Positions 30,760 through 34,938 of a stretch of DNA of 34,938 nucleotides are shown here, piece after piece (the first letter of the stretch is position 1; every line of letters starts with the position of its first letter). The notes below the pieces were generated by a model. The model was not told where the DNA came from. It saw nothing but the letters and a program-made list of their open reading frames with translations, and searched no databases. Origin of the DNA: Patescibacteria group bacterium (GTDB taxonomy: Bacteria; Patescibacteriota; Minisyncoccia; UBA6257; GWB1-50-10); the NCBI GenBank assembly GCA_038061335.1, contig JBBTZM010000005.1, forward strand, positions 1 to 34,938. The letters are read 5' to 3'. Made by a program: the position numbers and the translations under genes.

Positions 30760-31956
30760 ATGGCAGAAAAAGCAAAATTCAATCGTTCGAAGCCGCACGT
30801 AAACGTCGGCACTATCGGACACGTTGACCACGGAAAGACGACTTTGACCGCGGCGATTACGCACGTCTTGCACATGAAAGGTCTCGCGAAAGAAGAGCGG
30901 GTGGACCAGATTGACAACGCTCCGGAAGAGAAGGCCCGGGGAATCACCATCGCGCTCCATCACTCGGAGTACGAATCCGAGAAAAGGCACTACGCGCACA
31001 TCGACGCGCCGGGCCACGCGGACTACATTAAGAACATGATTACGGGCGCGGCCCAGATGGACGGCGCGGTTCTCGTGGTTTCGGCCTCGGACGGCCCCAT
31101 GCCCCAGACCCGTGAGCACATTCTGCTTGCCCGCCAGGTGGGAGTTCCGGCCATTGTTGTCTTCTTGAACAAAGTGGACACGGTGGATGACCCGGACCTT
31201 GTGGACCTCGTTGAGTCCGAAGTTCGGGAGCTCTTGAACAAATACGAGTTTCCGGGAGATACGATTCCGATTATTCGGGGTTCGGCCCTAAAGGCCCTGG
31301 AAACAAAGTCCCTGGACGAGGCGGCTGCGAAGCCGATTCTTGAACTCATCGAAGCGCTCGATTCGCACATTCCGGAGCCGGTTCGCGACCGCGAAAAGCC
31401 ATTTCTTATGGCAATCGAAGATATTTTCTCGATTGAGGGACGCGGCACGGTGGTGACGGGACGCATTGAGCGCGGAGTTGTGAAGTTGAACGATGAGGTG
31501 GAGATTATCGGACTCCGACCCACCGTGAAGACCGTCGTTACGGGTATCGAAATGTTCCAAAAGCTTTTGGATGAGGGTCAGGCGGGCGACAATGTGGGAG
31601 TTCTTCTCCGCGGAACGAAGAAAGAGGATGTGGAGCGCGGGCAGGTGCTCGCGAAGCCGGGCTCGGTTACTCCGCACACCGAATTTATCGCCGAGGTGTA
31701 TGTACTCTCCAAAGAGGAGGGCGGGCGGCACACTCCGTTTTTCAAGGGCTACAAACCCCAATTCTATTTCCGGACAACGGACGTAACCGGAGAAGTAATT
31801 TTGGGAGAGGGAATTGAAATGGTGATGCCCGGAGATACGGCAAACGTAACGGTCACGCTTATTTCCCCGGTCGCTCTGGAAGAGAAACAGCGATTCGCGA
31901 TTCGCGAAGGAGGAAAGACCGTGGGAGCGGGAGTGGTAACGAAGGTTATGAAGTAG
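30760..31956 (+). CDS. tuf: elongation factor Tu
   Basis: [28 protein letters not shown]. 398 aa. Confidence 0.98.
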   Translation: MAEKAKFNRSKPHVNVGTIGHVDHGKTTLTAAITHVLHMKGLAKEERVDQIDNAPEEKARGITIALHHSEYESEKRHYAHIDAPGHADYIKNMITGAAQMDGAVLVVSASDGPMPQTREHILLARQVGVPAIVVFLNKVDTVDDPDLVDLVESEVRELLNKYEFPGDTIPIIRGSALKALETKSLDEAAAKPILELIEALDSHIPEPVRDREKPFLMAIEDIFSIEGRGTVVTGRIERGVVKLNDEVEIIGLRPTVKTVVTGIEMFQKLLDEGQAGDNVGVLLRGTKKEDVERGQVLAKPGSVTPHTEFIAEVYVLSKEEGGRHTPFFKGYKPQFYFRTTDVTGEVILGEGIEMVMPGDTANVTVTLISPVALEEKQRFAIREGGKTVGAGVVTKVMK

Positions 31957-32026
31957 ATTCAAAATTTTCTTGAATCAGGGCACAGGAGCGCAGGTTCCTG
32001 TGTCCAAATTCGCGAAGATTGAAAGT

Positions 32027-32103
32027 GAGCTACGAATGTACGAATAGCATACGAATATACGAATCCGATTCGTATATTCGTACAAGATTTGTACATTCGT
32101 ATA
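32027..32103. repeat. 'tacgaat' word hairpin between tuf and rpsJ
   Basis: Left arm 32031-32064, loop ccg, right arm 32068-32101. 32027-32064 matches 34031-34068 at 37 of 38 positions. Confidence 0.85.
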
Positions 32104-32110
32104 TCAGGGC

Positions 32111-32440
32111 ATGCCCCCAAAAAAAGAAGAACAAAAAGAGCGGCTACGCATCAAGGTAAAGGCCTATGACGCGAAGCTTATAGAAAATTCCGTGCGCCAG
32201 ATTATCGAGGCCATTCGTCGGCAGGGCGGAGAGGTGGTGGGTCCGATTCCCCTCCCCACGGAAATCCGAAAATACACGGTGAACCGTTCGACATTCGTGC
32301 ACACGAAATCGCGTGACCAGTTTGAAATGCGGATTCACAAGCGTCTGGTTGACATCATAAGCCCCCAGCAGAAAATGGTGGAGTCGCTCACCAACTTAAA
32401 TCTTCCTTCCGGCGTTGACATTGAGGTAAAGATGGGATAA
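32111..32440 (+). CDS. rpsJ: 30S ribosomal protein S10
   Basis: LRIKVKAYDAKLIENSVRQIIE...GPIPLPT...FTVNRS-type core...RLVDI. Confidence 0.97.
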   Translation: MPPKKEEQKERLRIKVKAYDAKLIENSVRQIIEAIRRQGGEVVGPIPLPTEIRKYTVNRSTFVHTKSRDQFEMRIHKRLVDIISPQQKMVESLTNLNLPSGVDIEVKMG

Positions 32441-32532
32441 AATTTAAGAGATAGGTTCTAGCGCGGACTGAAGCTCAAAAAAATGTGGGAAGACCTTCGA
32501 AGTCGTTACGACCTCTCAAGGCGCCCCGCAGG

Positions 32533-32561
32533 CAACCGAGCACGGTCTTCGGTTGTTTTTT
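32533..32561 (+). terminator. intrinsic-terminator-like hairpin plus T6 between rpsJ and rplC (possible attenuator)
   Basis: caaccga-N9-tcggttg followed by tttttt. It ends 7 nt before the rplC ATG. Confidence 0.45.
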
Positions 32562-32568
32562 ATTGCGT

Positions 32569-33018
32569 ATGGAAAAAATTCAAGGGAAAAAAATAGGGAT
32601 GACGCAGGTTTGGAAGGGCGATACGGTTCTTCCGGTTACCTGTATACGCGTGGAGGGAGACACCTTGCCGGAAGAAGGCGCTTACGTGATTATTCATGGA
32701 GTTACGAAAGGAAAAGGATTCCAGGGCGTGGTCAAGCGCCATGGATTTCACGGCGGGCCGAAGACCCACGGGCAAAAACATTCTCATCGGGCGCCGGGCT
32801 CTATTGGCGCGACTGCTCCCCAGCGCGTGATTCCGGGAAGAAAGATGGCGGGACGAATGGGAGGCGACTCAAAGACCCTGAAGCGCGTGCGCGTGGAAGA
32901 AGTTCGAAAGGAAGAAAAAATTATTTTGGTGAAAGGTCCCGTGCCCGGAATGAGAAAAAGCAGGGTGGAAATAGAAATTCCAAACGACAAATCACAAATT
33001 ACAAACAATACCGAATAG
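32569..33018 (+). CDS. rplC: 50S ribosomal protein L3 (short form, 149 aa)
   Basis: Start at the internal Met (MEKIQGKKIGMTQVW). Contains KGKGFQGVVKRHGF, HRAPGSIGA and GRKMAGRMG. Confidence 0.9.
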   Translation: MEKIQGKKIGMTQVWKGDTVLPVTCIRVEGDTLPEEGAYVIIHGVTKGKGFQGVVKRHGFHGGPKTHGQKHSHRAPGSIGATAPQRVIPGRKMAGRMGGDSKTLKRVRVEEVRKEEKIILVKGPVPGMRKSRVEIEIPNDKSQITNNTE

Positions 33019-33057
33019 TCAATTTATTTGTGATTTGGTGCTTGTGATTTGTAATTT
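32987..33057. repeat. 'caaatcaca / tgtgatttg' word inverted repeat spanning the rplC 3' end and the rplC-rplD spacer
   Basis: acaaatcacaaattacaaaca (32987-33007, coding DKSQITN of the rplC C-terminal tail) against tttgtgatttggtgcttgtgatttgtaattt (33027-33057). Confidence 0.7.
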
Positions 33058-33059
33058 TT

Positions 33060-33698
33060 ATGCACATAGATATCGTAAACACAGAAAATAAAAAGGTGGG
33101 CGCCATGGAACTTCCCGAGGGTGTGTTTGGCGTACAGTGGAATCCCGAACTTTTGCATCAGGTGATGACTTCGCTTACGACGCGGAAGCGCGCGCCTCTC
33201 GCGCACACGAAGGGCCGGGGGGATGTGCGCGGCGGCGGGAAAAAACCATGGCGTCAGAAGGGGACCGGCCGCGCGCGGCACGGCTCGACGCGTTCTCCTA
33301 TCTGGGTGGGAGGGGGCGTGGCATTCGGGCCCACAAATGAAAGAAATTTTGAGAGAAAAATAAACAAAAAGATGAAAGCAAAAGCCCTGTATTCCCTGCT
33401 TTCGAAAAAATTAGAAGAGCGGGAAATCGCGGTTATTGATGATTTCGGAGTACAGGAGCCGAAGACCAAGACATTCGCGGCAATCCTTCGCGCTTTTTAC
33501 GGAGACGTACAAAAGGCCCCCCGCACTCTTTTTGTCGCGGCAAAAGGAGAGAGAGCCGCGCTCCTTTCGGGGCGGAATATCAAATATACAAGCGTGAGCT
33601 ACTCGAATGGATTGAATATCTTGGATTGCCTTCGGGCAAAGAAAATAATTTTTGGAGAAAAGGCGTTGAAAGAATTTATAGGGCAACAGACAACATAG
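33060..33698 (+). CDS. rplD: 50S ribosomal protein L4
   Basis: RGGGKKPWRQKGTGRARHGSTRSPIWVGGGVAFGP. Confidence 0.93.
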   Translation: MHIDIVNTENKKVGAMELPEGVFGVQWNPELLHQVMTSLTTRKRAPLAHTKGRGDVRGGGKKPWRQKGTGRARHGSTRSPIWVGGGVAFGPTNERNFERKINKKMKAKALYSLLSKKLEEREIAVIDDFGVQEPKTKTFAAILRAFYGDVQKAPRTLFVAAKGERAALLSGRNIKYTSVSYSNGLNILDCLRAKKIIFGEKALKEFIGQQTT

Positions 33699-33699
33699 T

Positions 33700-34032
33700 A
33701 TGGGTATTTTCAAAAAACAACCGAATAAAGAGAAAAAAAATGAGTCCCTCACCTTGAAAAAGGTTTCGCATTGGATAGAGCGGCCGTGGCTCAGCGAAAA
33801 AGCGACTGATTTGAAGGAGGCAAACGCCTATGTATTTAAGACGCGCCTCGATGCCGGGAAAACGGAAATTAAAAAAGAAATAGAGGCGCGATACGGCGTT
33901 CGCGTCCAGGGAGTGCGCGTCATACGGAGGATGGGGAAGGCGAAACGCTTCGGCAAACACGTTGGACACCGCGCGAATACCAAAAAGGCAATCGTGAAAT
34001 TGCAGAAAGGAGATACCATAGACATCATATGA
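33700..34032 (+). CDS. rplW: 50S ribosomal protein L23
   Basis: Position between rplD and rplB. Contains YVFKTRLDAGKTEIKKEIEARYGVRV and KKAIVKLQKGDTID. Confidence 0.9.
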   Translation: MGIFKKQPNKEKKNESLTLKKVSHWIERPWLSEKATDLKEANAYVFKTRLDAGKTEIKKEIEARYGVRVQGVRVIRRMGKAKRFGKHVGHRANTKKAIVKLQKGDTIDII

Positions 34033-34105
34033 GCTACGAATATACGAATAGCATACGAATATACGAATTTGTATATTCGTAGAAGATTCGTAAATTCGTA
34101 GATCA
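34031..34105. repeat. 'tacgaat' word hairpin between rplW and rplB
   Basis: Left arm 34035-34068, right arm up to 34100, then ATCAG. It begins on the rplW stop codon. Confidence 0.85.
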
Positions 34106-34113
34106 GCGAAAGC

Positions 34114-34938
34114 ATGAAGATATACAAGCCAACATCGCCGGGACAGAGAGGCACAATACTTGTCTCGAGAACCCTTTCAAAGGAAAAACCCTTGAAGGCG
34201 CTTTTGGTTTCAAAGAAGCGCCAGGCAGGGAGAAACAGCGCGGGAAGAATTACCGTGCGGCATCGGGGGGGCGGCCACAAGAGGCGGTATCGTCTTCTTG
34301 ATTTTCACCAGAAGAAATTCAATGTTCCCGGGCGAATAGAGGGAATCGAATACGACCCCTATCGCTCGGCTCATATCGCGAGGGTGCTCTACGCGGATGG
34401 AGCGCGCGCGTACATTCTTGCCCCCCATGGGCTGAAAGAAGGAGATGCCGTACAGACGATTTCCGAGGGTATCGAGATGAAAGAAGGAGTACGGCTCGCC
34501 CTGAAAGGTATTCCCGCCGGAACATTCGTGCATAATGTGGAATGTACTCCCGGCAAGGGAGGAGCTCTCGCTCGAGCCGCGGGTTCCGCGATTCAGCTTT
34601 TGGGAAACGAGGGGAAGTACGCGCATGTGAAAATGCCTTCCGGGGAGGTGAGAAGGATATTGAACGAGGGCTACGCCACTATTGGCAAACCTTCGAATTC
34701 CGAGCATAATTTGGAAAATTTGGGAAAGGCGGGGCGCTCGAGGTGGCGCGGCATACGCCCGACCGTGCGGGGAAGCGCGATGAATCCGGTGGACCATCCC
34801 TACGGCGGAGGAGAAGGCAAGGCCGTGCGCGGGACGAAAAGACCAAAAACAAAATGGGGTAAAATAACCGGAGGCAGAAAAACAAGGAGAAAGAAAAAAT
34901 GGTCAAACAAACTGATTATTCAGCGCAGAAAAACAAAA
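34114..34938 (+). CDS. rplB: 50S ribosomal protein L2 (3' end runs off the window)
   Basis: Hand-translated, since it is absent from the ORF track for lack of a stop in the window: MKIYKPTSPGQRG...RHRGGGHKRRYRLLDF...MNPVDHPYGGGEGK. Confidence 0.95.
   Translation, partial: MKIYKPTSPGQRGTILVSRTLSKEKPLKALLVSKKRQAGRNSAGRITVRHRGGGHKRRYRLLDFHQKKFNVPGRIEGIEYDPYRSAHIARVLYADGARAYILAPHGLKEGDAVQTISEGIEMKEGVRLALKGIPAGTFVHNVECTPGKGGALARAAGSAIQLLGNEGKYAHVKMPSGEVRRILNEGYATIGKPSNSEHNLENLGKAGRSRWRGIRPTVRGSAMNPVDHPYGGGEGKAVRGTKRPKTKWGKITGGRKTRRKKKWSNKLIIQRRKTK

Noticed and set aside
32553-33047. The 164-aa plus-strand ORF overlapping rplC in another frame
   Set aside because: It is an Arg/Gly-rich alternative frame of a highly conserved ribosomal-protein gene, with no independent start signal.
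1-34938. Alternative genetic code (UGA recoding, as in some CPR lineages)
   Set aside because: All conserved genes are full length under the standard code, and several end at TGA (for example rplW, and the 11489-12040 gene) where the homologous protein ends. No in-frame TGA is needed.

Overview
This 34.9-kb window is gene-dense and mostly plus-strand. Its gene content (DUF4012, compact ribosomal proteins, little Shine-Dalgarno usage) suggests a small-genome Patescibacteria/CPR (Parcubacteria-like) bacterium; that placement is inference. Gene order: promoter plus candidate structured RNA, secA, a four-helix-bundle (23S-IVS-type) protein, envelope glycosylation genes (sugar transferase, GT4, DUF4012), lepA, an ftsB-like gene, tRNA-Gly(CCC), a CaCA antiporter, a membrane protein and a CDP-alcohol phosphatidyltransferase. 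Next come a large Kazal/CARDB-like protein, a UvrD helicase fused to a Cas4/AddB-type nuclease, nth, a DUF45 peptidase, DUF1761, a beta-helix protein and an FKBP isomerase. On the minus strand sit a RelE-like toxin with an XRE-HTH/DUF4065 (Panacea) antitoxin, and tRNA-Pro(GGG). The window continues with lexA, rarA, two orphan genes, rpmB, a membrane protein, an M50 protease, rpsL-rpsG-fusA-tuf and rpsJ-rplC-rplD-rplW-rplB (partial). I saw no rRNA, CRISPR array, transposase or integrase gene. The most unusual signals are not ordinary genes. (1) The first 21 codons of fusA are duplicated with only synonymous differences, around a 123-nt three-hairpin insert that breaks the upstream copy inside the P-loop codons. 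(2) lepA carries an in-frame 21-codon insertion made of two palindromes, one of which is an inverted copy of adjacent coding sequence. (3) Low-complexity 'word' hairpins occupy many intergenic spacers, including inside the str and S10 ribosomal operons, and some copies are near-identical. (4) A promoter-driven, about 220-nt multi-hairpin RNA candidate lies upstream of secA. (5) A 38-nt hairpin occurs twice in opposite orientation. (6) A GC-rich structured spacer with inverted tRNA T-arm-like repeats lies between tRNA-Pro and the toxin-antitoxin module. All functional interpretations of these elements are hypotheses that need comparative or transcript data.
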